From: Rhina ancylostomus
Taxonomy: Eukaryota
Assembly: GCA_030265395.1 (NCBI GenBank)
Contig: JARFYF010000052.1
Coordinates: 118,279,125 to 118,343,124 of the forward strand
Direction of reading: 5' to 3'
Length of the DNA stretch: 64,000 bases
Part shown: piece by piece, positions 49,900 through 62,412 of the stretch
How positions within the stretch are numbered: the stretch's first letter is position 1
Layout of the letters: each line of letters starts with the position of its first letter
The notes under the pieces: model-generated
Databases searched by the model: none
Seen by the model: the letters and a program-made list of their open reading frames with translations, nothing else
What the model was told of the DNA's origin: nothing
Translations under genes and position numbers: made by a program

Positions 49900-50600
49900 G
49901 ATCGGTTAGTATTCATGCCCCTTAATAAGGTTGTAGGTTTGTGTCCGACTCCAGTGCCTTGTCCATTAGAATAAATCCCATGTGGATATTTCATTATAGT
50001 ACTGAGGGGTTGCCTCATTGTTGGAGGTGCTTCCTTTTGGATGAAATAATAGATCATCTGATCTCTCAGAGTGGATGTATAAGATCTCATGGCAATTGAT
50101 GAAAAAAGCAGATGAGCTATCATCAGCCCAGACCAACATTTGGAGGAGAGAGGGAAAGAGCTCCCAGATTTAGTGAATGGTCTGGTGTTGTCAGAGAAAG
50201 GAATGCTGGGAGGAAGGCCATTTATGCCAAGGAGCCAGGAGATGTGGCGGGGGCACCTGAGGAAGAGCCTGGCAGCAGGTGGCTCCAGGTGTCTCCTTCA
50301 GGTGTAAGAGTCCCCACTAACTTGGACAGGTACATGGATAGGAAAAGATTTTTGAAGGTTAAGGGTCAAACGCTGGCAAATGGGACTACCTTGGATGGGG
50401 CAACTGATATGGGCCAGTTGGGTCAAAGGGCCTCTGTGCAGTGTAATCCTATAACTATTTATCTTTTCAGCCAGCTGGTGATGATAACATTGTTGTGTGT
50501 AGGAGCTGGCTGTGTGAAAAGTAGGCTGGCATTACTCTAGTGAGTGCACTTTGGAAGTATGTCATTTGATGCATGGAGGACATGCGATGGAAGTCTTCCT
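49900..50600 (+). mobile_element. Deu-domain SINE split by the 50142-50456 insertion
   Basis: gtactgaggggttgcctcattgttggaggtgc..ttttggatga..gtggatgtataagatctcatggca; resumes atttatc...gtaggagctggctgtgtg. Confidence 0.7.
50142..50456 (+). mobile_element. Chimeric SINE-like element (unidentified head + CR1 3' tail), copy 2
   Basis: Highly similar to 12792-13089; flanked by attt on both sides (possible short TSD). Confidence 0.75.
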
Positions 50601-50819
50601 CTATCCCTTTGACACTAAGAGTACTAGGATAGAATATCTGAGAGCACAGCCTGGCTATCAGGACAGTCTAGAGTAAGACGTGTGGGAGCTCTAGAGACAT
50701 CACCTGAGTGCATCAAAGAAAAGGCAGCAGATCCCATTTATTAAAAATTCATTGTGCTTCACAATCTAGTTGGGCAATATTTACCCAGGTGTGTAAAGGA
50801 AATTATGTGTATCATCTGC

Positions 50820-51160
50820 ACTTTTAAAGTACTCAAATAGATCTGAGTTCTCCAGACATATAGTTCAGTAACTTTATTCAAACATGTAGCCACGTTACCT
50901 GCAACAGAAGCCCACAAATGGCAATGAGATGGAGAGACCAGAGTGTCCTGCTCTTCAAACTGTGCTTTTAGATTTTTATATCCATTGGGATCATATGTGC
51001 AGTGTCTTTGCACAGCATCTTGTCTAAAGCAAGGCCACATTGACAATGCAGCAATCCTTAAGTGTTGCACTGAAGTATCATCTTGGATTAAGTGCGCAAG
51101 TTCCAAAGTGGGGCTTTAGCCATAACTTGCTGCTTCCAGGGCTAGAGTGAACCAACCTGA
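50820..51160 (-). mobile_element. Deu-domain SINE remnant
   Basis: gcaacagaagcccacaaatggcaatgagat..cctgctcttcaaac..gacaatgcagcaatccttaagtgttgcactgaagtatca. Confidence 0.6.
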
Positions 51161-52679
51161 TAAGTGCTTTTAAAGTGGGGGTGGATCAAATCAATCAGGT
51201 CTGTGTTAAAAGAGCTTGTTCTTTGCAGATTTGCTGCATCACCGCAAATTATTACTTGACTTAAATTTTAAGATATGACTATCTTATTGGTTAAGTCACA
51301 TATGTTCATTTTAAATCTGTATTCTGTAAATAAGACTTTTGTATATTATCTTTAATTGACCACCTGAAACTTCTCAATCACGCCTGAATGTTCATCAGGA
51401 GTGAGTGCAGCTCCCATCTGTGATTGCAGGGTCAATTAATTCTCCCTGTGTGGCAGGTGAATTTAGTACTTGCTAACTCCAGAAAAGGTTGAATCCAGAG
51501 TAAGGGTGATGAGTAACTGCAGGCAGGATCTGATTTTATTCACATGCTTGGAAATTGAATTGGACACCAATTGTGCGAAATTCCATTTTACCTACAGTCA
51601 ATTGCACAGCAGTTATTTCTGGGTGAAGTCACACCAGCTGCAAAATTGGACTTCCAATGCACAGCCCACATTTAGTGTGCCTGACCTTTTAGCCCCCTGA
51701 TGACATCATTTTCCGCCTAATGTCCATTTTCACCTGCACCGACATGAATTAGCCATTGCAGAAAAGTCTCCACAGAGCCAAGAGCACGCTGCGTTTGTTC
51801 ATTGCTTTCCTCACTGTCTAAAGGGACAATCTGCTGACACTTAACTGGGCAGTTTCAGAACTGACTGCAGGTGGTTCAAAGTCTTCAAGGTGTGCTACAA
51901 CCAGCAGTGTTTTCTCCAACAATTTGCTACTAGGGTATGTAGTTACTCTGCTTGTAGTAATTGTTACTGGAGGCAACGTTACGGCCACTTCCAGCCACTG
52001 AGTTAGGTCAGAGACCTTGGTGGCAGAGGCTAGAACATGCCCATCTGCAAAGAGCTTACTCCCAAAGAGTTTTCAGTTATCCCACATTTTACTGAGAATG
52101 TGCTCAGGTTTTTGAAGCCTGTCAACATTGAGGTACATGACATCTCGCAATGAGACTAAAGACCACACTCTCATGTCTGGACTGCACTCTCTGTGAAGGT
52201 CAACATTATGTTGACTCATCTTCCTCACCACATGAACTTAGCAAGTGGCCACAGCAGATCTCCACCTTGCCTCCCTATTTTCATCAGAAAGGTTGTTCAA
52301 GGATAGTATTTGCAGAGAATGAATTCATCTCCTTGGTTTCAGTGAGGAACAGGTGGTATCTCAAGCACTGGAGGTGTTTAATTCCTGTGGCTGCACTCAT
52401 GCTGTAAGGGCTCAATAACCTGGACTTTTTTTAAATGAACAGGAAAAGTTTATGCTGCCTCAATGTGCAGGAGGTTGTGGATCATGAAAATTTCCTGATG
52501 GTGAATGCCACTTTCCAGGAAGCACACACGATGCCTTCATCCCAAACATTTTCAGTGGCTGGAATTGTCCTTAGAGATGGATTCTGGTGGGACAAAGATG
52601 CTCTAAATCCCTGGTTCCTCATACTAGCACTCCCTCCTATCAAAGCAGATGAGCAAAGAGACCCACAAGTGGGAAGCAC

Positions 52680-52805
52680 TTGAAGGATCCTGACCCAAAA
52701 CATTGACTGCTTGCTTTTCTCTACGCATGCTGCCTGGTCTGCTGAGTTTCTCCAGCATCATCATTTTTCATCTAGATTCCAGCATCTGCAATCCTTTGTT
52801 TCTCT
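52680..52805 (+). mobile_element. Penelope-like end element with perfect 12-bp target-site duplication
   Basis: agtgggaagcac at 52668-52679 and 52806-52817 flanks tgaaggatcctgacccaaaacattgac...ccagcatctgcaatcctttgtttctct. Confidence 0.85.
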
Positions 52806-52925
52806 AGTGGGAAGCACCATAATTTTCCTGAAGATAAGATTTTGTTGCCTGTGTCAGTTCAGGGGCACATTTATGGTACATGTCAAGTAGATGTGCTGAT
52901 GTGGTTGTCCAATTGAAGCAGTGTG

Positions 52926-53245
52926 ATAGAGTCGTCATACAGCATGGAAACAGGCCCAACTGGTCCATGCCAACCAAGAAGTCCATCTAAGCTAGTCCCA
53001 TTTGGCCCATATCCCTCTCAACATTTCCCATCCACATACCAGTCCAAGTGTCTTTTAAATGTTGTTAATAAACCTGCCTCAACCACTTCTTCTAGCAGCT
53101 CATTCCATACACAGACCACCTTCTGGGTTAAACAAAAAGTTGCCCCTCAGGTTTTTATTAAATCTCTCCCCTCTCAGCTTAAACCTATGCCTTCATAGTT
53201 CTTGATTCCCCAAAGCTGGGGAAAAGTCTGTGTGCATTCACTGCT
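52926..53245 (-). mobile_element. CR1 LINE 3' end
   Basis: atacagcatggaaacaggccc...gctagtcccatttggcccatatccctct...gcagctcattccatac. Confidence 0.9.
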
Positions 53246-53999
53246 CATGAAGCAAAGGGAAAGAAGCAGAGAGCACTGGATCCTGTAGGCCATGAGGTGA
53301 GGCTTGCAGAGCAGCAAGTTCGAGAGGACCAGGAGACAGAAGGAATACTGATGTCCCCATTCAGCATTCACAGCCATGTCCCCCAGCTGAATGGAGGAAT
53401 CAGGCATTAGTTACATGGAATATGGGGAGTATTAATACAAAACAAGTCCTCTCCACCCTACAATCCTCAACACCAACACTGTCTACCAACAATTGGGCAG
53501 GAGTCCAGATGTTGCATAAAACCCCTTGAGTTCTACTGTGCATTATATATAACATACAAAATAATGATCCCCTGATCTTGTACCCAACAGGGATATTAAC
53601 CCAAGGACTAACGTTGACTCATGAGACCATTCTAAACTTCTTCCTGCTTCCAGATGCAGAGTTGAGCCAGAATCGTGGGTGCTTGGCCCCTGCCATCTTC
53701 ACCCTTCTGCTTGTAGGCAGCTCTGCACAATCTGAGCAGGACTCTGCTCACGAACAAAGAGGTGCATGAGTGGGCGAGGTGGGACTGTGGGGGGGGGGAG
53801 GGGGGATCGCTCTGCTCTTGAAGTGAGGCGAGGTCCTGCGTGCTGTTTCGGCCCTTTTTCATAGAACGATCTTCTTGCACAAGACATCCCTCTGCTCACA
53901 CGGGAGAACTTCCTGCTAACGTGCAGCATCCTCTCATTCCTGGAGGGCTGACAGCTGCCCATGGGCTCCATCTTATGACAACTGGCCAGGTCGGTCTTC

Positions 54000-54140
54000 C
54001 TCTTCTCGCCCCACTCTTCATCCTCCTCCTCCTCCTCATCCTCTCACCTTTCTGCTCCTCCTCCTCTTCTTCCTCCTCTAGTCTCCTCCTCCTTCTCCTT
54101 CACTTTCTCCTTCCCCTCATCCTCCTCCTCCTTCTCCTCA
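54000..54140. repeat. CT-rich low-complexity tract ((TCC)n-like)
   Basis: Imperfect tcc/ctt repeats; reads as Glu-rich on the minus strand. Confidence 0.85.
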
Positions 54141-55974
54141 CTGTAGTCTTCTCCCCTACTCCTATTGTTCAAGGGGCCTTTCCTGAAAGCTCTCAAAGTC
54201 AAACAGAACGTGGTTGAACATAGGGTGCATGCTTGTGGATGGAGTGCGTTTGTGTGGTTGCACAATGTACATGTATGGATATGTATGTCTGGGGAAGAGA
54301 GTGATATTTTTAGTTGTGTACAGCTCTCTGGCAAATCTTGTGAGATCATGACGTATCTTTCAGCATCGCTCTATTTGAGTGGTGATACTAACCCTGACAG
54401 TTTGAACTCTTTGCAATCAGTCTCTTCTAATGGTGAAGCTGCTAAGTCACCTCCTTCACCCAACACTCATTTCTCCCACTTTTACCACCTTCCTCCTGAC
54501 GTGCGTTTCAAGCATCAGGACTTCTGAGTCCCCTTCCATAAATCTGGGAGCTCTGTTGTATTTTCCTGCGGCCTTTCTCTTCTCCAAGGCAACCAAAATC
54601 ATGTATTGCTGTGGTCTGGCAGCTGTGGGGAATGTGCCTTTAAGAGCTGATGCCTTTTCGGATTGGTGAGCAGCAAATTGTCAGAAGCAGCAATCAATCG
54701 AGTGTAGTCTCGTCAGGAACCGCGCAGGTCTTGTTTTAGCGCTCTTTCTGTATTTCTGTCTCAAGCTACAGCAAACAACTTTTTGACCCGTTGCATGATT
54801 TTGTTTTTGATTTGATGTTAGTGCTAAATGCCATGCAGTTGTAGCAACCCAATATGTAGGTGAAATCAAATTTCCAGGCCATGGTGTGTCAGACCCTTCA
54901 TAGTAATGGGATTTAAGGACATGGAAAAAGGCAGGGACAGACATAACCAGGATTAAAGGACCAAAATATGAATCAAAAGTGTCAAAAATAAAGTCAGAAA
55001 GGAAAGAGTAAAAACTCCAAGAGCAAATGAATAGTGGAAAGACCCAGGAAACAATACGGAATGAAGTCCTAGACCAAAAATTCATCTACGTACAGTTTTT
55101 TCTGTCTGCTGACTGCAGCTCCTAAAGCAGTCACTGTTTTTTGGTGTCTTTGTTGGTGTTTCACTGAATGTGCTACATCTGCTTTTAGTTTTTTTTTGAA
55201 ACCCCAGTCCCTTTTTAAAAGATTTTTAAGCAGTGACTATCCAGCTCTTTGAAATTTTTAAAGCACCTGAGACAGGTACTGATGGCATTGGGAAAATAGC
55301 CAGCAGCTGTTAACCAGTGGGAGAATATGTTAAAGATGCTGTTCCATGNNNNNNNNNNATGAATATAATACCTAATTTCTTAATGCTGGCTCTAGTGTTG
55401 AGGGAAGAACCTATTGGACAGAAGGTAAAATTTCCCACTTTATTGAATACTTTGGAAAATCCCAGTGCTTCTGTGCTAAAACAAGACAAATTAGGATACA
55501 ATATATAAATAACACTTTTTTAAATCCTGTCATCAGCTCTATGTGTAATTAATTTATTTGAAGGATAGCAGATCCTATTTCACCCTATGCAGGGACTGGA
55601 TGCTTTAGTTTGGTATTGCTTGTACACCCTTTGCAATGCACTACCTGCCAATTTGCACTTAAATAGACTCACTCATAATCACAGATTTTCTCTCTCTGTT
55701 TCTCGCCCACTCACCCACCCACAGATTAACTCATAATCACTTGATCACGAACACACGATACAGNNNNNNNNNNNNNCAGAGCTGAGAATGTTCATCTGAG
55801 TGCTTCATAATGTAAGCATGTCTGTCTGTCTTAGTCACATCTTGCAGTTGCTCGGGGAATAAGTCAGTTCAGCAACTTTACCCCTGTTTATGTTTCCTCG
55901 CCCTCATTCACAACTTTTCTAATCCACTTACTACCTCTATTCACTTTTTATTTAAAGAAAAGAATTGTATTAAG

Positions 55975-56300
55975 ATGGAACCTTTTGCAATCTTGGGACT
56001 TTCTGGTGAGCTCTGTAACCAATGAAGTAACTGAATGCAGTCATTGTTGCAGTGTAGGAGGTGTGGGAGTCATTGTGGACTGTAATGTGACCCTATCATC
56101 TGCTCTTTTAGTTATAGGAGCTGCAGGATAAATGTTGGCATGGAATCACTTGCATCCACTCGAGGCGGTGTAAGGCCTTGGCCTTGATACCTCATCTGAA
56201 AGAAGACACCTCTGGCAGTAGAAAGTGCTCCCCCCATGGAGGGTCAGAGAAAATCTTGTGCATGAGCCTCTGGAGAGGGACACCAAACCTCTTGTATTCA
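55975..56300 (-). mobile_element. Deu-domain SINE
   Basis: ggccttggccttgatacctcatctgaaagaagacacctctggcagtagaaagtgctcc resembles the reverse Deu domain. Confidence 0.7.
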
Positions 56301-56469
56301 GTTGTTTCTTTTAAGGTGGGAAATTTCAGCTAAGGACTTTGTGTATTGATTACTGTCCAGTGATCTCAAAAGGGCAGTGCAGAACAAACACGGGTGATAG
56401 ATCAGGCTCTCTTGTAATGGTCCAAGGCAATCTTGTCCACCCATGTTCACGGGGATAATGTAGTCTTCT

Positions 56470-56790
56470 GACAACACAGAAGGTGGCCATTTGGCCCTAT
56501 AGGTCCATGCCAGCCTCCAGCAGAGCAATCTCATCAGTCCCTCTCTCATTTCCCTGTATCCAGCAATTTGTTCTTTCTTGCATTCCCAGTTTATCCCTCG
56601 TTGATTCATTTGTCACATATCCACACCAATGGGTAATTTACTATAGCCCGTTAACCTAATAGTACGTCCTTTGGGTACGGGAGGAAAGTAGAGCACCCTG
56701 TGGAAACACGCAGACAGCACCGGAGGTCAGGATTGAGTCTGCATCTCTAGAGCTGTGAGGCAGCAGCTCTAACCGCAGCATCGCCATTGT
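56470..56790 (-). mobile_element. tRNA-derived V-SINE
   Basis: cagacagcaccggaggtcaggattgagtctg..gagctgtgaggcagcagctctaacc; CR1-type tail. Confidence 0.8.
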
Positions 56791-57289
56791 CATCATACGT
56801 TTGCCCGAGATGACCAAGAGCTGTTGATTCTTATGGACCCATTCTCCAGCAAGCGTCAAGTCTTTTAGATGGAGAGAGTGTAGGATTTAGGGATTTAAAA
56901 AAAACTGACTCTTTTAATTTAAATATTTAAAGATGAAGGTGATTAGAGAGCAAAGCACTTAGAATTCCCCCATTCCACACTGCACATTATTATGTTCATT
57001 CTCTTCCACTTCTGTGGAGTAATCGCTAGTTGAAAACCCAAGAGAATTGTAATTCATTAGAAGCGAAATAGTGATGCTGCTGTGGTAACATCAGTCATTG
57101 TGATTCTCACATTGCACATCTTATAGTGGCCATTAGTTGATGTGTAGTTCTACTTATGCAGGCTGATCAGGATTCTATTTAACAGAAGATAGCCCTGCTT
57201 GTTTTATGACCACCTGTGTTCCAATCACCAACAGCAAGCAAAGTCTCTTCCTGTAAATCTCTGTGCATTTGTTTCTGTGTAGGCAAAGG

Positions 57290-57695
57290 CAAATGTTTAC
57301 ATAGTATCTATAATCACACCTTGCACAAACATTTTAGCATCCTTTACAAACAATGAATTTCAAGTTGGTCACTGTTGTTATGTGGTTAAACACAGCAGTA
57401 TTTGCATGAAACAACTGTATCCCACAAACAGTAATAAAATGCACAAGCGATTGATCTTGAAAAACTGGTTGAGTGAGTGAGAGCACCCTGCTCTTCAAAC
57501 AGTACCAGGGTATCCATAATGAACCATCCAAATGGGCAGGTGGAGTTTCAGTAGCTTACGTGTGAATAATGCTCTCCTTCAGTGTTTCTTGAACATCAGT
57601 TTAGACTAAATACTGAAGTACTGGAAAGGAAGTGGAATGCACAATCTTAAAACTCAGAAGTGAGAGTGTGACATAGTAAGCCAAGCTGACACTGT
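57290..57695 (-). mobile_element. Deu-domain SINE with tRNA-like head
   Basis: Head on the reverse strand gtcagcttggctt..cactctcacttctgag; body gagcaccctgctcttcaaacagtaccagg. Confidence 0.7.
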
Positions 57696-57779
57696 GGTGA
57701 AGAACATTGTTGGGCGCTACATGGGATCCAAATATGTAACGTAAACAAAGAAGGCAGTAAACAAAAATAATAATTAGAT

Positions 57780-57990
57780 ATTCCCCCTACACTCACGATC
57801 TGCTTTAATGCCCTTTTATTAAAATTACCAGCCCTGAATCCGTTCCATTACTTGTGTGGATTGTGATGATACACTGAAAATCCAAACAAAAACTGTACTG
57901 CAACTCAAACTGATTTCCTGTAAGATTCTTTTAAGCTGTTTGGGATGGTTTTTTAGTTGAAAGCGCTACATGAGTGCAAGTTGATGTGTT
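57780..57990 (+). mobile_element. L2-like 3' tail remnant
   Basis: tttgggatggttttttagttgaaagcgctacatgagtgcaagttg, the tail shared with L2 and Deu-domain SINEs. Confidence 0.45.
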
Positions 57991-58249
57991 TTAGTTCCTG
58001 CACCTTGTGTCAGAAAGTGGATGTTTTAAGATTATAACAACCTTACAGGGTCTAATGAGATTGATTAGGACTCATTTTAAAAACTTCCAACTTTCAAGGG
58101 TAAGATTTACCAACCCAGTATCATGTCTTTATTGCCTGTGCATTCAGCATCTTTTGGGTGAAGTAAGCAAAGGATAATAAGTCAGTGATGATCAACCTGA
58201 TCCTGATTCTGAGCTTCTCACAGAACCTAGCATCAGGCACCTGGCTTCG

Positions 58250-58470
58250 AACTGAGCTCAGGTGCTGCCTGTGAGTGCATGGGTTATACCCGGGTGCTTT
58301 AGCTTCCTGCTACATCCCAAAGGCAAGCTGGTAGGTTACTGCTCGGGTAGGTAAATGGCAAAAAGAATCTGGGGAGCTGATGGGCAAGTGTGAGAGAGGG
58401 AGAAAGTTGTAGGGGTGCAGGGAAATAAGATGGGGGATTGCTCTTCTGAATGGCTTTCTCCTGTGTTGCA
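58250..58470 (+). mobile_element. Degenerate V-SINE
   Basis: ggtgctgcctgtgagtgcatgggtt..ccgggtgctttagcttcctgctacatcccaaagg..ggtaggtt. Confidence 0.65.
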
Positions 58471-59079
58471 AGTATAAACTAAGCTAACACAATGCTATAA
58501 AACAAAACATGACCCAAGCATTACCAAAGATAACTCTGTTACCATCTCCCTGAACTAGCAGTGGCTTCTTCCCTAATCAGTTACCGTCTATTCAGTCTCA
58601 TCTGGTCGTAGGCAGTTTCATTGTCTTGCAGTGGTGCAGTGTGTTAACATCTGTTTTTATCCCACTGTTTTTCCCTTCACTTTTCCTTGCTGAAAGCCAT
58701 GAAGAGTGGATCTGAAAGAAGTCAGCTGGGACATGGGGTTAAAGTTCAGGTGTCAGATTGAATTTTTAGTACTGATCTCAGAGGTGAAAGGGCCATGTTT
58801 AGACATGCATTTGATGTAATGAATAAAAATATTGAAGGACTGTAGCTAGAGTTGTAATTTTAAAATCCAGCAGTTTCTCCAGAGGAATGTCAGACTGCAG
58901 GTGACGCGAGTGGTTTCTGTTGTTCCCTAGGCAATGGACTTGGTTTATTGTATGTAAAACTTGCAGTTTAAGGAATAATAAATTACATTATGATCTTGGA
59001 TTTGCATACATTCATAGATAATTCAATAGACAGATGATTAGAACAGGAAGATAATGATCAGTTGTCATTTCTTTATTTT

Positions 59080-59710
59080 TTGAGTATGTAAGTGTCACTG
59101 ATGAGGCCAGTATTTATTTTCCCTTTCTAATTGCCCTTGAAGAAGCCTCCAGGAACTGCTGCTGTCCTTCTGGTATTATTCTCCCACAATTCTGTTAGGT
59201 AGGAAATTCCAGGATTTAGATCTGGCGGCATTGAAGGACTGATGACATATTTCCAAGTCGGAATGGTGTGCTNNNNNNNNNNNNNNNNNNNNNNNNNNNN
59301 NNNNNNNNNNNNNNNNNNNNNNNNNNNNNNNNNNNNNNNNNNNNNNNNNNNNNNNNNNNNNNNNNNNNNNNNNNNNNNNNNNNNNNNNNNNNNNNNNNNN
59401 NNCTGATGGAAATCCATGTAACTTTGGAGCATTGGTGGTGGAGTGAACAGTCGTAGAGGATGGGGATGAGCTTTTATAGAGTGTTGCTGGAGCCACATTC
59501 ATCTAGGGTGTTCCATCGCACCCCTGACTTGTCAAGTGCAGCTAGTGGATAGGCTTTGGGATGTCAGAAAGTAAGTCGCTTGTCCTTAGACACCCAGCCC
59601 CTGACCTGCTCTGTTAGTCACAATATTTATATGGCCAGAGTTTCTAGTCATTGTGACTATATGGTGTTAGCGGTGGGGAACTCAGTGATTGAACGTCAAG
59701 GATAGGTAGG
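59080..59710 (-). mobile_element. CR1/L2-clade LINE ORF2 C-terminus and 3' end
   Basis: HTIPTWKYV..SKSWNFLPN; MNVAPATL; homologous to 25885-26415. Confidence 0.75.
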
Positions 59711-60294
59711 CCAGTATCAGAATTTAGAACGATAGATAGGATTTGATTCAGTTCTGCACAGATCACTGGCCAGATACTATATTAATTCAGCAATTGCAGT
59801 CAGCTTTAATCCACTACCAATATTTAGCCCCTTTCTGTGTATGGCTGTCTGCTGCAATAGTAGAGCAACAGCCATAATTTAACACTTGGTTATTAAATCC
59901 AAGCAGTTGTGTCTGGGACAGCGGTATGTAAGACAGTAATACCTCATTCATGTCTATGGATTGCACATTGGATATTATGTGTTCCACAGTTTCATTGCCA
60001 CAGTTGCCTATCGGACAGGTTCTTCCCATTGTTTCATCAGGTTTGTGCTGATGGGGTTTAGAGGTGGCCATAACTTATGTTGGCATTGAAGTCTCAGTAA
60101 CCCAGTCAAATTGAAACCACAAGTAGAACCTGCCTGACTGATCAATTATAGGGAAGTGAGTGACTAAAATCCCTGCTACTATATGTTACAACCAATGTTT
60201 AGTTTTGGAACAGTGGTAAACATTAAGTCTGGGATCCAGCCACATTAAAGTTCTGTGGTTTAGACTGAAGGCAAGAGTGAGTGTAAGAGCAAAA

Positions 60295-62060
60295 AAAGGG
60301 GGCCTGAGTAGGCTATGTGGTCCCTCAAGCCCACTTTGCAGTTTATTTTGGCTAATTCTCTTCTTAAATTTACTTTCCCATCCAACACCCAGATTCCAAA
60401 AATCTTTGGATATGACAGCCCTTTGGGATAAATGACTCCAAAGGTTCATAATCCTTTGAGTAAAGACATTTTTCCTCAGCACTCTAAGTTACATTATTCC
60501 ATTACTCCCATTTCCAGATCTCTGGCTGAGGAAACTGCCTGTCAGCATTCACTCTGTCAAGCCCTCAAGATGTACTACATTTCAATAAGGTCACCTCACT
60601 CTTCTGAACCCAGTGTGTATACACCCAACATTTGTCCTCTTAAGATAGGCCTCTCAACCCAGAAATCAATTTTGCAAATTCCAAACTTCCTTGCATAAAT
60701 TTGAAGCCAGGTATATTTTTCCTCAGGAATAGAGACCAAAAACGGTCTCTGGGTACTTTCACCAATTGAAGGAAGACTTCCTTGTTCTTGTATTCAAATT
60801 CCTTACAATAAAGGCTTACGTACAGTTTACTTTGCTAATTGTTTTTTCTATCTACATATTAACCTGGTGCATCTCTTGAGCTAGCTTGCTGAGATCTCAA
60901 TGTAAACTTATTGTTTAAGAAATCAGTTCTTTTTACTCTTCTTGGAAAAAGAATAACCTTCAATTCTCCTCTTTTATATTCATCTGACAGCTTCTTGCCC
61001 ATTCACTTAAACTGCCTGTTTCGCACTGCAGTCCCTTTTTGGTTTATGAACCAGTATACCCAGAAGCCCCTGAACACAAACATCTATTATACCATGTAAA
61101 GGGTTTTTTTTTAAAAGAAAATGCCTTTTGGAAGTCCAGATACAGCTTCTGGATCTCCTTAATAATGTTAATACAGAAATTTTGTGTCAACTGATGTCAG
61201 TTGGTAGTCCTCCATTTTCTCTCACTCTCCCCTTCTCCTTTGCTATCTTCCATTACACTGGCATTGTCTTCTCAGAGTTAGCCTATCATGCCTGGGCAAT
61301 TCATTTCCTTAGTCCCATGATTTTCCCTGTGATTGTATTTTATTGTAATTCTAATTATTTAGTTCCTCACTTTCGTTAGACCCTTTATTCCTCTCTAATT
61401 CTGATATGTTCATTGCATCATCTCTTGCGAAGGTGGATAATTCTTTTTGAAATGTAAGCAATTTGTTTTCTCTGTTTTAGTTTCTTCTGCTTCTGCTTCT
61501 AAAGGGTCCAGATTTAATTCCACTCTTTCTTTTCACATACTTGTGAAAGCATGTTTTATTTTGGATTGTTTATCTTCATTATTTATTCCCTTCTTTATCA
61601 ATCTGCTGTTGATTTTCAAAACTCCCCATTAACAGGCTTATTACTATTCTTGTCTATATTTTAAGACTTATATTTTAATATTATCCTTGATAACTTTAGT
61701 TAGCCATGGAATGGATCATTTTCCTCCAGAGTTAAATTTCTCAGAGGAATGCATGTTTGTTGAGAATCATGAAATACAACTTTAATGTTTGCTGTTTTTT
61801 TTATATCTGCTATCATCCCTTTTTATTCTAACTCCTCATTTTGTTCTCATAATTATTTAATTGGCTTTATTTAATTTAAGGATTTGGTTTACGACTTAAA
61901 TATGTCTTGAATTTAATTTAAAAATTCTTTCACATTCTGATCACTCTTGCCTAGAAGATAAATTATGATGAAAGTACTAATTAAACATGTCTCATTACCT
62001 AAGACTATATCTAAAATAGTCTAACTCTGAGTTGGTTCCATAACATTGCTTCAGGAAACC
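60295..62060 (-). mobile_element. Long, highly decayed CR1 LINE (may continue after 62412)
   Basis: 3' tail agtaggctatgtggtccctcaagcc; ORF remnant LRKNVFTQRIMNLWSHLSQRAV; aaatgccttttggaagtccagatac reads as an RT DFQKAF motif on the reverse strand. Confidence 0.7.
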
Positions 62061-62097
62061 ACTAATTTCACTATATTTGCCCATTATTCAGGAACAT

Positions 62098-62412
62098 TAG
62101 ACAGAGTTATACAGCAAGGAAAAACACCCTTCTGTCTATTGGGTCCATACCATCCATCAAGCAGCCATTTACACAAATCTCATTTTATTCTTCCCACATT
62201 CCCATCAATTCTCCCCAGATTCTCCCATTCACCTACACACTTGCAGTCAATTTACAGTCGCCGATTAACCTATCGACCCGCATGTCTTTGGAACGTGGGA
62301 AGAAACTCAAGCTCCTGGAGGAAACCCACATGTCTGCAGGGAGAATGTGCAAGCTCCACACAGACAGCATCAGAGGCCAGGATTGAACCTGGGTCTCTGG
62401 AGCTCTGAGGCC
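62098..62412 (-). mobile_element. tRNA-derived V-SINE (HE1-like)
   Basis: gagaatgtgcaagctccacacagacagc..caggattgaacctgggtctctggagct. Confidence 0.88.

Larger units (their letters stand above)
52060..53400 (+). pseudogene. PIF/Harbinger (HARBI1-like) transposase fossil B, interrupted by PLE-end and CR1 insertions
   Basis: RPHSHVWTALSVKV; GCTHAV; MNRKSLCCLNVQEVVDH; (frameshift) PGSTHDAFI; WDKDALNPWFL; FLKIRFCCL after 52817; acidic tail at about 53250-53380. Confidence 0.8.
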
